Source of the DNA: Vermamoeba vermiformis
Taxonomy: Eukaryota
DNA: 64,000 nt
Direction of reading: 5' to 3'
Assembly (NCBI GenBank): GCA_045837725.1
Contig: JBEWZL010000022.1
Span: 62,001 to 126,000 of the forward strand
Part shown: positions 51,501 to 64,000 of the stretch, in pieces
Layout: every line of letters begins with the position of its first letter
How positions within the stretch are numbered: the first letter of the stretch is position 1
Program-made: the position numbers and the translations under genes
Notes under the pieces: model-generated
The model's input: the letters and a program-made list of their open reading frames with translations, nothing else
Databases searched by the model: none
What the model was told of the DNA's origin: nothing

Positions 51501-52371
51501 GCCAGGGGTAGTGTAGGCCACAGTAGTCGTTAAGCTATCAGGATCCATGAGGGTAAGAGCGCGCACGTTGTCGCCGGAGTAGTCGCTAGTCTGCTTCCAG
51601 TTGAAGATTCCGAAGAAGCGGTCGATCATACGAATACCATAGAAAGGTCTAAGAGAGTTGCCGTAGAAAGAGGTCAAGCAAGAGACGGGACCATATGTTC
51701 CGGAAAGAGGGGTAATGACGGATGTGATGTAGCCTTTGCCAACACCAGCATCACCTTCCATATAACCGATGGGAGTTCCGGTATCAACGAAGCCATTGGA
51801 GCCCAAGAAGGAGACGACGCGATTGATAACCCTTGAATCGCTGTTTTCGGGAGATGTAGTACCGACATCGGCTCTAAAGCAGCCAAAACCGATCTGGCTT
51901 TTATCCAAGCCAAGGGCCAAGTGACCAGAATAAGCAGCAGTTTGACTATGGGTGCACTTATAGTAGTTGCTGTTGCCTAGCGCGTCACTAATAAAATAAT
52001 AATAAAATTAATTGTGGATTAAATTTTAACCGAAACTCGATTTCTTCTTCCATACCTAGTTCGAACGGCGATTGAATTTAGCTTAGCACCAGTTGTTCTG
52101 TCATAGTAGTCGAAGTAGATGGGCACAGTTTTAGTTCCGGTGGGAGAGGCGGGATCTAAAAACAATGATTGTAAATTGTGTTGTGGATGGTTTTTCAAAC
52201 GTAAAGAACCGGAAAAATGTATCTAATACGTATGACTGCATAATACTTACTATCAGTGTCTCCAATTCTATAAACAATGAGTTGATCGCGCACGAAAGCA
52301 TCCTTCTGTGCTTCGCTCAAAGCGAGAAGGCAGGCGAGTGCTACGACAAGGGAAATACAGAGTCGATGCAT
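48599..52371 (-). CDS. Large secreted/GPI-anchored protein: beta-rich N-terminal domain, 7 Cys-rich DG..N..ETD.DCGG repeats, QCVE...FSYEN domain, SEA-like module
   Basis: Signal MHRLCISLVVALACLLALSEA; repeats such as CDDGIKNGVETDVDCGGTLC; tail SGAEQLAVCGVLSVALLALIM*. Confidence 0.8.
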
Positions 52372-52773
52372 CGTAAGACCTGTTGTTTACCAAAGCAGCT
52401 GAAAAAAATGAAATGATCACGGTTCGGGTGAACTAAACCGCCAAAAAAACGAACAACAGTCTTTGTAAATTTCTAAATAAGGAAATTTGATTTTGTTCTC
52501 TCTTCTTCTTATCTTTATCGCTTTTCTTCAATGATTAATTGAAATGGGACCCAAAGACCATTTGGCTTTGGTCGTTTAACCTACGTTTCCTTTTCGAAGC
52601 TCAATTTGGATCAGGTAAGAAATTATGTAGAAACTGTCAACTTAAACAATGCAGTACGCGATTGTAGTAAAATACGTTCGTGAATTGAATTAAACCAAGC
52701 GATTCGGTTGAATGTGAATTGACAGCAACGAGTATCCGGAAATTGAATCGTTTACCTACAGGTGCGTAAAGAC

Positions 52774-55547
52774 TTAAGATATGGTACATCCACGTCGACT
52801 CTTGCGTTTCCCATCTTTAGCTGAATTTTCATCAGCGAATAATTCAACTTTTTCCTGTTGATCAGATCATTAGCTCGACGATCGAAAAAACTTTTTTTCT
52901 CCGCTTTATACGTACGACTAATGTAGTTATAACAGTCTCATCAATGCCGAGTTGTTTTCCCATGTTGCTAACAAACAGTTGGATGGAAGGAACGGGTAGT
53001 TTGCCCCAGCCCCACATGCGTTCGATCACTAAAAAACGTACGTCAATCCTTTCATGATCGTCGAACGAGTACATCGCAACTTACTCTGTTGAAGCTGCAA
53101 TATGACGAAAATCTGTTGTTTCGGGGTGAGAAGCTGCGGATCAAGCTCTTTGCCCGCTCGAAATATTTTCTTTCCTTCTTTCGCCAAAGTGTCTAACAGA
53201 AACCGATATTAGTATAGTAATATCAACCGTGAACTGATCGTAATCTCGGAGCAATTGTACCCCAAAATAGCTCCTCCCAAAAGCGTAAGTTGGACCAGAT
53301 GTGGTGTTCTTTAATGAAATCTTGAATGTAATCGCGGTGCTCTTCGTTGTTTCTGTAGATAAGCGCTGTTTTTTCGAGCAAGATCTTCGCGCTAATGTAA
53401 TCGCCTCTGCGGAACTAAAAGTTAGCTCGTGGGTGCTTGAATCACGTGTTTAACTTACCCGTTATTCAAATGTAGTTCGTTCAAGCATAAATTGATGAGA
53501 TACAGCAACAGCTCGAAAGAGTTGTCTGACAATTCCGTGTCTTTTTTCTGGTTGAAAAGATGTCAAAATTCCTCACACAAATGTAAATTTAAATTTAAAT
53601 TACCTTGTTTAGCGATGAGCTGACGAAATAAGCGAATAATCTACGACCTGAATCAACATCGAATAGCTTTCGCACGGTCTCAATGTCTTTGAACTCGACG
53701 TATGGTGAGTTATGCAAAATTTCATCGATAATGTCGTGAAAGAAATCCACGAGTGATTGATCCATGCCTTGCTCAATGTACAGCACCTTATTGTAGATCT
53801 CTTCGTGATTCTGCTAAGCTAGTGTAAGAAACAACCGCTGCGGTTATTCAAAATTACCTTGAATGAGTGTGATTTAGTTTGGATCTTGTCAATTTCGTCA
53901 AGTTCCGCGAGGGCTGGATCCAGATTGGACTATTGAAATATAAATTAGGAGGTAGAACCGAATAATATTACTAGCTTACTTTGATTTGCAATTGCCACAC
54001 TTCGTGTTTCAGTTTCTCAATTTCCGCTTTGTACTTGACAATTTCCATGTCACGTGCCTCGATGATCTCTTCGAGTTTAGGATTGGCGGTTGTGGCACGA
54101 TTACGCGGGGAAGATACACGCTTCAGCTGCTTGATCTCGTCTTGAAGCTGCTGGATCTTTTGTTTGCTGTCTTTGTCTGCTCGCTGATACTCAAGTAGCT
54201 GCTTGTTCAGTTGGGCAATGTCCGCGGCGTTGGATCTGATAAAGTCAGAACGTAAAGTTATCGAGTAAGCACTTACGTTTGGGCAGTATTCTTGTACGGC
54301 ACTGGCATGGATTGTAATCGGGTTCTTTCGAGCTCTTTTTGCTTCTTGTCTTCGTTCTCTTTGGTCTGTTTCAGCGTACTCAAGTCACGCTTGACTTGGT
54401 CCAGTTCCTGCTGCAACATTACCTTGCTCTTCAGCTCGTTGTCTAATAGCTCTCGTAACTTCTTTAGCCTAATTGATCGCAGTAGATTAGAACTAAGTCG
54501 ACACGTGTCACAAGGTTGTTCTTACTCTTCTTCAAGGGCTTTGCTCTCAGCATTGCTAATGCTAGGCCTAGGACTCGTCGAGGTGTTACTAGTGTTAGCA
54601 GTATTGTTGTTATTGTTAGCTGTGTTGCTGACAGAATTTGAAGGTTGTCTTGGTGAATCATCAACGATATCGGACACTGTCACGACACGTCCCGTTTGAA
54701 TAGCGGTCCATTTACGTGGCGGCTTTGACGAGACTGGCCTCATCGACGTTTCTTTCTGCGGTGATCTGTATTAGACTTCATTAGTACCTCGCTCATGATC
54801 ACAAAAGTCACGTGTCAACATTACGTAGTATTCGTCTTAGTAACTCCTTGACCAACCACTCGACGTAAAGCAGCGATATTTTGAAGAACCTACGTTAAAT
54901 GTTATTAATATTTGTATCGTACCTAGGACGCTTTGAACTTACAGACTGCATTCCTCGCTTTTGATGCAGATCTGACGGTATAAATACATTGGTAGACGGC
55001 ACGCCGAGCTGCCAACACGCTTTCAAATAGAAATTGATATTTTCCTAATTAATCTCAGTTAATTGACAGTGTTGAAGGTGGTGGGCTTGATCCTTCTTAC
55101 AATTTCAACCAAAGCGTGGAATTTGCCAGTGGTAGTAAATTTCCTGATTGCACCGGGCCTTAAAGTATTAACAAGCCTATATACATGGAATAAATATCAG
55201 AAATTTGATGGTAATTAATCAAAATTAATTGCAATCGTATAATATCGTATAATGGATCACAATATTACCTGCATAATATTACGCCATTTTTTAAACAAAG
55301 GTGAGTATCTGGGGAAGGTAATTTCTCTCCTAAGACGGACTCAATCCAGCTTCGAATTTCTTTTTCAAACTCTGGGTCTTCTTTGTCCTTTATCTGGTGA
55401 AGAAACATCCATTAATATTTTTTAAGACTAAAATAATATATTTTTTACCTTTAAATACGTTTCAGCGTCTAATCCGTATAAAATTCTGCCGTCATCTGTT
55501 TCCACGCCGCCACTGAAGTTAGCTACATTGCTTTTTAGTATAGACAT
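52774..55547 (-). CDS. Calponin-homology + coiled-coil + SBF2/MADD-like C-terminal domain protein with polybasic CaaX tail
   Basis: CH domain: ILYGLDAE...EIRSWIESVLGE...LKNGVILCRLVNTLRPGAI...ENINFYLKACWQLGVP...FIPSDL. Also HHIWSNLRFWEELFW. Ends KRKSRRGCTIS*. Confidence 0.75.
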
Positions 55548-55812
55548 GATTAAGAACGATTATTTCATGTCATTTGCACGAGTTGATCAATTAATTATCA
55601 TTACGCAAAGGGCTGAAAGGAAATTTTTGGTGACATTTGACACTTGCTGACAAAAAACTAGATCCACTGCCCGTTGCTACAAGAAGTAGAAACATTACAT
55701 TATTATTGAATAGAATATAGTATGAGTTAAGTTGACTTCTCCCAGAAGAACATCCGGATCTCTCAGACACGGCTACAATATAAATTTAGAGTTTACGCAC
55801 AGTGAAAATTAT

Positions 55813-57779
55813 TTACAAGATTGGAATCAAGCTTTTGAGCTTATTCATCACCGCAGCCTTGTCGCTGTCAACATTTGAATTCAAAGGCGGCAAATAATCG
55901 CTGAAATTTTGATTGTTCAAGAACCGATTGATCATATCGACTGACGGGCCAGGCACGTCGTACGGCACCATGTGACTCGCGCCATTCACTTGCAAGAAGA
56001 TGAGATTTCGCGCTGACTTGGCATAACCTGCAATTTTTTTATCGACAAGCCAAGTATATCGTCCGCTATCCCTATACTCCTATAATATATATATATTATA
56101 AGGACTATAGTTATGTATTTCATAATTAATTTTTACGTACTTGAACGTATTCCCAATTTAAATTATCCAACGCCATTTCCGTGCCTAAATGATTGCAAAT
56201 ATAATCGAATTGACCATTGTAAAGCAGTACTCTAATATTGCTATTCAATAGTTCAACGAGCACGTCGATTGAAGCGAGATTATTATCGCCGTATAATCGA
56301 TCACCAACTGGATTCGAACAATCTTCAAAACAACTCGGATCTTGTTGCGCATGAATGGCCTCGCGGACATCTTTCCTATTTAAGTATTTCCTAATACGTT
56401 CTACGCCTATAGATCCATAGTTAAAATTAAAACGAAGAATAAATAAAGGCGAAAAATTTGATAACTTGCCATTGGGCCAATTCATGTCATTACAATTATC
56501 CAAATATTGCCTAATATCATAGACATTAAAGCACTGCGAGGGGGATCCCGATAATGACAGCGGTGCCTTCCAGTTTAAGTCGCACATATTGCCTAAAAAG
56601 GAAATTTATCAGGAAATTATTAGGATAAGCCCGTATTGTCTCTAATTTCATCAAATAAATATATTCGTACCAGGCGTAGTATCAGTGCCATTGGCTATTT
56701 GTTTCATGCACTCTTGATAGATCTGATCCACCAATAATTTTTCTTGCGTACCGAGTAGACCGGCGTTATACGTAAAAGTTGAATATGACTAATAGAGACG
56801 TAGTAAGAATACTTTAGCGCATATTAACAGTATAATGCGTACCTCGTATTGATATTTTGGGTTGATCCATCCATTTCCAATTGCAACACCAATTAAATTG
56901 AGAGGAAGGCCTTGTTGATTGCTATTGGCTTTGAGAATATACCGCGAGATGTAAGGAATATAGACCTACTCATATTACCATAGTTAATCATAAGCGCATC
57001 GATAATTTAAAATAGGAGATCCAGGTAGTATTTTTCATTTTACGAAAATCAGAAAATAAAAGAAAATAAATATACGTACACCTGCATAGCTCTCTCCAGC
57101 GATATATATTTCATTGCCAGCATAGGATTCGAATATCAAAAAGAATTGCTGCAGGAAATTGTAGAATTGCACGTCGATTTGCGATTGATTGCTCAACAGG
57201 CCAGTCTGATTCATAATAAAAGACATGCCCGTGCCTACTGGCTGATCGATGTATATTACATTTGCTTGTTGGTTCCAGCTGTACGGATTCAGCTTAATTT
57301 GTAGATCTTGGGTCAGCCGCAACGGTCCATTTTCGACAAATAAACCTATTTTTACGGTGAATAAATATATAGAATATATATGATAGCATTACCGTCCATA
57401 GAGCTGCATCCCGGTCCTCCATTAAGCCAAATTAATATCGGATCTGTACTCGGACTTCTTTGAGACTCGAAAAACCAGAAAAATAGCTGTCCATTATTAA
57501 TAGGGTCTACAGTTATGTACCTAACGATTGTAAATTATGTTAGTTCGACATTATTATTCCGTATTTTTCGAATTTACTGACGAAAAATCTTATTTAAAAT
57601 TAATTGTGCAAAACTTACCCCGAATACTGCTTAAAATTAATAGTACTATTTAATCCAGGTAAATTGTTTATAATATAATCATTAATACTCTTTTTGCTCC
57701 AATTTGGACTGGATGTAACAAAAGCAAGGGACACGAGCAGCAAAATGATGGCGCCCGATGCTAATAATTGTAGTCGCAT
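55813..57779 (-). CDS. Serine carboxypeptidase, family S10 (Kex1/CPVL-like), secreted
   Basis: Signal peptide; [32 protein letters not shown] (catalytic Ser), NGQFDYICN (Asp) and GASHMVP (His). Confidence 0.93.
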
Positions 57780-58077
57780 AAATCTAACTCGTGCTAAGTT
57801 CAAATGCAAATAATCGTGCGAGGACAACAAATAATTGTGTGCTTCTCTTATCATAATGGCGCCATAATAATCAAAACACACCTTCCAACCGGTTTAAACG
57901 ATCAATAGCAAGCTATACTAACAACGAATGGTTATTATGGTATTATTTGCGAATGTTCCTTCTTGTTGCGATTGAGTTCCGTTGCGAAGATTTTGATCTG
58001 AATTCAGTTTATTTTATTTTCAGTGCGTGCTTGCCAGTAGACCACAAATAGGCCAATAATATATATAGCACAAAGTC

Positions 58078-60288
58078 ATGGCATTTGCATTCATTCTCGT
58101 GCTGGGCATGCTCGTGACGGGTACGCAGAGATCATCACCGGCAGATCTCGATCGAATCCACTGAAATAATGAATTAATAATATTATAGGCACGCTCAACA
58201 CACTTGTAAAAAAGCTGCAAAATGAGTCACTAGCCGAAGGCATTCATGGAGACATTCATAAATTCACTCATCCTTGGTTTCAAACTTGGGTTATGTTTAT
58301 TGGTGAGTTAAGCATACCGTTAGAATATATTATTTATTTACATAGCGTTACAATAATGAACGCTAATTTTTAACCGCAAGAAAGGTCAGATCCGATCAGC
58401 GTAAAATTGATTTTCGCTTCTACGTGCAGAAAATTCCTCCGAAAATTATTATATTCATTACTTAAATTTATAGAGGCCTATTGAGTGTATTTTGACAGTA
58501 TTAGAAAGTTCCAACGCGAATTACAGAATCACTTTCCATTAACCGGCCGTTTATATCCGTATTTTCCATTTTATTAATGTAATTTTCGTATTAATAGGCG
58601 AGGCACTATGTCTGATAGCATATGCTTTCACTCAAATGCGAAAGAAGCGCGAAGAAAGCCGTCCCATTTTTTCAGTTAACGAAAGTCCCTTCGTTGAGTA
58701 AGTGATGGTCAATAATACGCATTGTATTGCTACCGATAATATAACCAGCAATATATTTATAAGCTGATATTTTTAATCAAATTTTAAGACAGTTAGCGTA
58801 AAATGCGTAAATTTTCGATAACGATGCAGCACCGTTCATAAGGACCAAAATAATATGACCGAATTATTTACGTTACTATAGTACTTAATTAACGCGTATT
58901 TATCACTCAGACCGAAGAAAAAGAGCTGGTTTTCATTCATTTTTATCTTGCCCACTATTTGCGACTTGGCAGGCACAACTTTAGCCGGCATTGGTCTGTT
59001 ATATACTGATGCCTCTGTCTGGCAAATGGTACGTTAATATATTAATACTATAGATCTTATTAACTGATGTCATAGCTCCGTGGATCCATCATTATTTTCA
59101 GCGGAATTCTGTCGGTCATTTTCTTGAAGCGAAAAATGTATTTCCATAATTGGTTAGGCATGGGCATTGTCACTGCTGGCTTGCTCGTGGTCGGAACATC
59201 GAGGTATAGTCGCGCCAGATCATAAATAAATATCTGTGGCTAACTGCGAATTTTTCACAGCATTCTTCAGAGCCAAGCCAAAACAGTCATTTCGTACGTA
59301 CAAAAATATTTATGACCAGCAGCTTTATGTTAATGTTATTGATATAGTGGTCCTCCTCACGGCGCAGCGTTTTTTGACCAACCGACGAGGTAGGTTCTCG
59401 AGTACTGTGCCAATATCGTGGCTAATATTTTTGTGTTAGCGGCACTCCTCAAGGCGAGACCAAAACGGATCCGACAATTATTCTCGGAATTGCACTTATT
59501 CTCGCTGGTCAGCTCGCCAGTACGTACCAATATACTCGCTAATTAGTCTTTGCAAATATTTACGTGCGTGTCTAGATGCCGTTCAAATGGTGGTCGAAGA
59601 GACATTTTTGAAGAAATCAGGATACGCGCCATTGAACGTTGTCGGCATGGAGGGCTTGTGGGGTGTGATTCTAATGACTGTTATTATCTTGCCTATTCTC
59701 TACTTCATTCCTGGCACTGACAATGGCTCGTACGAGAACGCGCTCGACGCCTTCGTGCAGATCGGTAACTCCACGTCATTGTTGATCTTCAATGTTGGGT
59801 ACTTGTTGTCAATTGCCTTTTACAACTTCTTCGGTCTCAGTGTCGCCAAGAAATTGACCTCAGTTCACCGCACACTTATTGACGGTACGTGCTACATTCG
59901 TCAAAACATGACGTCTCGGATCTGGATCTTGCATGTTTTTTAGCAAACCAACCTTCACCCCTATTCATATTCATATATTAATTATTATATCACAGCTTGC
60001 CGTACTATCTTCGTATGGGGCTTAAATCTTGCGCAGTACTACTTGATCTTTCAATTCAACCCCACGAAAATTCCTCGCTATGGTGAGCCGTGGACGGACT
60101 ACAGTTACGTGCAGCTCGGTGGCTTCGTGTTGCTCGTGTTCGGCACGCTGATCTACAACGCAGTCATCAAAGTGCCGTGCTCGACGTACTTGACTGCCGC
60201 GCAACAAGCACAACAGAACGCAGCTGTTGGCAAGCCGGAAGATGAACAGCCTTTGTTGCAAGAGAAAGAGCTCGAGCAGGATATTTAA
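58078..60288 (+). CDS. SLC35F6-like nucleotide-sugar/DMT family transporter, multi-exon
   Basis: MLVTGTLNTLVKKLQ, FTHPWFQTWVMFIGE, PTICDLAGTTLAGIGLLYTDASVWQMLRGSII, QMVVEE, VVGMEGLWG and SIAFYNFFGLSVAKKLTSVHRTLIDACRT. Confidence 0.9.
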
Positions 60289-60597
60289 ATATGGATTGAA
60301 TAAATTATTGGTAAATATAATCATGATTTATTTGAAGGTGCCTCAAAAATGTTGGATCGAGATCTCTTATTAACAAAGTGCTTTACTCCTTAAAAATTAT
60401 TCGGTGGATTGAATTCTTAACATTTTGGTATTCAGTTAATTATTGTACGAGCAAAGGCACGTGCGTCAGATCGGAAATTTTCTGCTGATCTGTTTTTTGG
60501 TTCTTTTTTCTTCAGGCCCAAACAGTTGAAAGCACCTCCCTTGTCCTATAGTGAATTATTGTAAATATAATAATCAGGTGCTACCTAAGCTAATACA

Positions 60598-62160
60598 ATG
60601 CGACGAAGCACGGGCCCAAGTCCTTTCAATCTCTCCACCATTGAAGAACGAGATCGACAGAAAACTCACAAGCGAAAGCGATCCAGCGACGGTTCTCACG
60701 ATGAAGAGCATAATAAGCGCACTAAAGTAGATAAAAATGCTCCTGCAAATAACAATGCACCAGCTGCACCCAAATCCGTTGAAACTGTAGATCTGGCAGC
60801 GTCAGAAAAAGGAGGAGTAAGTCATTATTATACCTTATTCATGTATAAATATAATTTTACTAATTCTTTAATTTATCAAAAGAATCCAGAAGAAACAAAT
60901 TCAGCGCAAAATTCTCCAGCAGCAGGTAAGTGTTAATTTTGCGTAAAACGAGGAAATAATATTATAATATCCAATGTCAAAATTATTAGGGCCCTTTAAA
61001 GGGTTATTGAAAATATTTTGAATTTTATTTTCTTTTTCTGGATTGACTGAACGGAAATCTTTGTGATTTTCAATTCTATTAGGACTTTTGTATTAATTAA
61101 TTATTATAGTCAAGCCATTGCTCACTCTTCCAGCACTATCTGAAGTTGCTGTGCATCTCGACACGGATTTGCAAAAGATCGAACAGGATTACAAACAGGC
61201 GCTAGAAAGAGCTAAAGAGACGCAAAAAAATGAACGATTAAGACTGTGCGAACAAATGGAGCGTGAATTGAAAGAGAAGGAACAAGAATACAAAGATCTG
61301 CTCAAAAAATGGGACATGCAAATCACTTGCGGCCTCTGCTACGATCAATTTTTACGCGTAAGTACATAATAATATAATCAGACTAATATATGATTATATA
61401 TTCTAACGTAAATTTCACTTGTCAGTCACAAATCCCGGATCTGAAGTACTTCCCTTGTCACAGCAAGAACTACTATTGTCTGTCGTGTTACTGCAAGATG
61501 TTCAAAGTGTCAGCGTACGGCCACAGCTACAGACTGTGGGTCGAATGTCCGCTCTGTCGCTCCAAGTGGTGGACAGATGTGCAGACCTTTAACGACCACA
61601 ACGGCGTGCGTGAAGGCTCCTCGGTGCAGACCTTGCCCGCACAGCTGTCACCATTCACAGCGCGCGACGTTCCTGTAGCCAACTCGGGCATCGCGCACTT
61701 CTTCTCGCAGTACAGAAGCACCGTGCGGCCACCACAACAACCGACTGCGCAGTCACGCGGCACGAACAGATTTGTGTTGGACGACGACGATGACGAGCAA
61801 GACGAGGACAACACTGGCGACAGCGAGTCAGACTTGTTGCAGTCATTCGCGCAGAGCTTGCACGACACGCTGAACGATCGCAACAGCAGCAACAACGCGA
61901 CGAATGCTGCGAATGACAATCACACGAACATTGTGAACAATGCCGTGCTGCCTGGCAATGTCGGGCACGCTGGCAGCACAGCACCACGCGCGATTAGGCC
62001 TGGAAATGATTACCGCATCGTTGATTTTTTCCCGTGGGATCAGCAGTCGAGTTCAGCTGCCTCGCCGTATGTCATTTCAGATCTGGACGATGACAGCGAC
62101 GATGATGATGACGATGAAGATAACGAGATTGGATATGCAGGCGTGTATCCATATGGTTAA
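60598..62160 (+). CDS. Putative RING-type zinc finger protein (coiled coil + RING variant + acidic disordered tail)
   Basis: Basic KRKR motif and coiled coil, then CGLC...PCH...YCLSC...CPLCR spanning an intron; D/N-rich tail. Confidence 0.68.
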
Positions 62161-62547
62161 AGAATACTGCTATTGTACAAATGATGTGCTGTAAATATGT
62201 CGCAGAAAACTTGTAAATACAAAAGGGTGTAATATCCTTAAACAATCATGATCTTATTAGATCCTATTATTATAGTGCTTGTTGATGGCATTGTTATTTG
62301 AAAATCTAATCTTGTAAGTGTCATCGTGTCAAAGAGCGGAAATGGGGCGTTGGACTTTTGGGCTTGTGCGATTAATGTAATTAATTAGCCTAACTCCCCA
62401 AATATCTATCGCATTCTCATTGGGGTCTCAACCCCTACGCTCCATTATTGGGGTGCAAAAAAGTACAAAAGCAGATCTGCTCCTTCATTCTCTTCATCAA
62501 AACAAAACGACAACCACTCAAGACAATAAGCAAAACAACTCTTAACT

Positions 62548-63018
62548 ATGTCTCTTCAAATTCGCAAGGCTCAAAAGGAGATGGAAGAGTCCTCCAACTA
62601 CAAACAGTTCTTCACCGTCATGAAAGACATCGTGCCCACCGTCGAAGTGATCGTAGACAGCGAGAGCATTAAGAAGCTCGAAGGCACTGGCAGATACAAC
62701 GGCAACGACGAGTCAGTGCCCCTCGTATTGTTCAATGTCCTCAGAGGCTACTTCTGGAAAGGCATTTCTAACGCATTCCGTGACGCGTTGAACGACGACA
62801 TGGCCAAGGAAGCTGCGGCCGATGCAATCAAGCGCGTGACCGTGACATTCGTGCAAAATGACGAGCAGAAAGGATACGGCTGGGAGCTGGCCAAGACACA
62901 AGACAAGGACTGGACATTGAAGGTCATCAAGAACTGGAAGGGCCTCGTGTTCGATACGGAATTCAACACGTATCCTAACGCTCCTGAAATCAAGGACCAA
63001 CTGCTCAAGTCTCTGTAA
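62548..63018 (+). CDS. Intronless hypothetical protein, 156 aa
   Basis: Clean ORF with strong C/G-ending codon bias, flanked by AT-rich DNA; has a paralog fragment at 31985-32191. Confidence 0.75.
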   Translation: MSLQIRKAQKEMEESSNYKQFFTVMKDIVPTVEVIVDSESIKKLEGTGRYNGNDESVPLVLFNVLRGYFWKGISNAFRDALNDDMAKEAAADAIKRVTVTFVQNDEQKGYGWELAKTQDKDWTLKVIKNWKGLVFDTEFNTYPNAPEIKDQLLKSL

Positions 63019-63227
63019 TATCATAATAATACTGATTTTATTCTCGCTAATTCGCTGTCATTGAGTTCTGATCCTCAAAAATAAAGCTGCATATTGAACT
63101 GAATACTCTTTTGAACACTGACTCGTTGTGCGTCTAATTAATCTTTAACTGAATTCTCGATGCCCAAGGCTGTCCAGCTATTTTTGGATTTAGTGTCAGT
63201 GCGCAATGAGCCATTACAAGGCAGGCC

Positions 63228-64000
63228 TCACAAAGCTATCATCAAAGTGCTACAGTCTTCCCCCCGCATTACGACGCCATTCCAATAGCCTACCAATGAT
63301 AGGCGGCCAAATCGACTTTGGGCACAAATCACGGAGAATTGGTAGGATCTGAAAGAATGATAAGATTATTGCAATAGGAATAAATAACTACGTACACTAG
63401 GCAGCTCGTGTTCAATGTAGTACACAGCATAAGTATGTCTGCCAGTTCCGATATTAGTATTTGCAATCCAATCGATCACTGAGGCCGCTATTTCATCGGC
63501 CACGGCTTGCTCATAATTCTCGTTGTTTTTCAGCAATTTTTTGACCAACGAAGCAAACAGACTCGGTAGTTGTGTGTTGTCTGCAAACAAGTTGTTAAAT
63601 AAGCTTAAAACATGTACCATATTTATATGTGCTTACTGTATTCGGTCTTAATGATATTGAGAACCTGCGTCAGGTGTTGTGTGACAAACTCTTTGCTTGA
63701 ATCTGCAATAATATCTCGTAGCAGTGTTATTAAATCTGTGGGGCCGTGCAAGCGAACGCGTTCCTTATAGTCCAAGTCTGAGTCTGACTCTTCTTTCCAT
63801 TCTTTCAATTTAATGTCCCGAGTGTCGCCGTCACTCGCATTACTATCATAGTCCATCGAGTCCGAGCTGTGGCCTGAAAAGGACTCTTCATCTTCTATAG
63901 GCATAGCATCTCCTCCGTAGGGTTCGTAAATGTCTTCGCCAAATTCAGCTCGCATTCGATGTAATCTATTTCCTATTAAGGAAATTAAAGCTGATAGAGA
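63228..64000 (-). CDS. 3' part of a hypothetical protein (acidic patch followed by helical region); 5' end outside the window
   Basis: ORFs 63623-63955 and 63366-63620 join through short GT-AG introns to a last exon ILPILRDLCPKSIW...LMIAL* ending at 63228. Confidence 0.55.

Noticed and set aside
62392-62460. Short CCCC/GGGG inverted motifs upstream of the 62548 gene
   Set aside because: Stems are too short and irregular to support an RNA gene or element call.
57930-62480. Frequent AGATC(T/C) words near gene starts and in introns
   Set aside because: Enrichment cannot be established by eye; it needs k-mer statistics against background.

Overview
This window is AT-rich, intron-rich eukaryotic nuclear DNA with short, mostly GT-AG introns. 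Gene content (Entamoeba-type transmembrane kinase, ependymin-related protein, GPI-anchored Cys-rich proteins) suggests a free-living amoeboid protist, probably Amoebozoa; this is inference. About 28 spliced genes or gene remnants were reconstructed by eye. Housekeeping-type genes: GH47 mannosidase, MFS transporter, GRAM-VASt lipid transfer protein, P2B Ca-ATPase, EF-hand sensor, S10 carboxypeptidase, SLC35F6-like transporter and a RING protein. Two tandem arrays stand out. The first (23.9-31.9 kb) encodes small GPI-anchored Cys-rich proteins and shows deletion remnants, an interposed two-gene block and a micro-inversion of one copy's start codon and signal peptide. The second (36.5-44.3 kb) is four genes with an unusual TM / F-box / ~7TM architecture and mosaic gene-conversion-like tracts. 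Other notable items are an ~11-Ig-domain receptor kinase, a Zn-deaminase with the catalytic Glu replaced by Cys, an atypical Rho GTPase, a divergent ATAD3-like AAA ATPase, a MITE-like element and several GC-AG introns. Exon boundaries and family calls come from motif recognition only; no database search was run.
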